64,000 bases of DNA from Ginglymostoma cirratum (taxonomy: Eukaryota), in assembly GCA_024137785.1 (NCBI GenBank), contig JAHRHZ010000025.1, positions 22,546,921 to 22,610,920 on the forward strand. The letters run 5' to 3'. Both the position numbers and the translations under genes were made by a program. Shown here in pieces: positions 63,861-64,000 of this stretch. The notes under the pieces were generated by a model. That model was not told the DNA's origin. It searched no databases and worked only from the letters and a program-made list of their open reading frames with translations. Numbering within the stretch: the stretch's first letter is position 1; each line of letters begins with the position of its first letter.

Positions 63861-64000
63861 CACATAAAAGTGTTTATCACTTTCTCATTAATAGAGAATA
63901 CATTTGAAGCAGCCTCCCTGCGCCATTCCCTTTGCCTGGCTTTTTGTATAGGATTAATGTTTCACCCTGTATCTTTGTCAAAATTATTTTACAAATACCC

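Noticed and set aside
1-64000. CRISPR arrays, operons or prokaryotic defence systems
   Set aside because: No regularly spaced repeats or dense ORFs; the DNA is vertebrate repeat-rich sequence

Overview
Eukaryotic, AT-rich, gene-poor DNA. The repeat content (HE1-like V-SINEs, Deu-domain SINEs, CR1 LINEs, Penelope-like elements) points to a cartilaginous fish (shark); this assignment is inferred from recalled repeat families, not from a search. No intact protein-coding gene can be named, and almost every ORF in the track is either chance or a decayed transposon. A few minus-strand splice-donor/ATG signals suggest the window may be the intronic 5' region of a large gene with alternative first exons. 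The most interesting signal is about ten copies, from several families, of a minimal type-I hammerhead ribozyme core (CTGAnGA-A-helix II-GAAA-CGTC/T) with family-specific helix II sequences. They sit in Penelope-like pseudo-LTRs that mostly form asymmetric fold-back inserts, five of them with 11-16 bp target-site duplications (TSDs). Both 400-N assembly gaps lie inside such fold-backs. Also present: a 2.9 kb decayed CR1, a doubly interrupted CR1/L2-group LINE, a Gypsy integrase relic, possible hAT and L1 relics, and two unexplained inverted-repeat pairs. Boundaries of old repeats are approximate.
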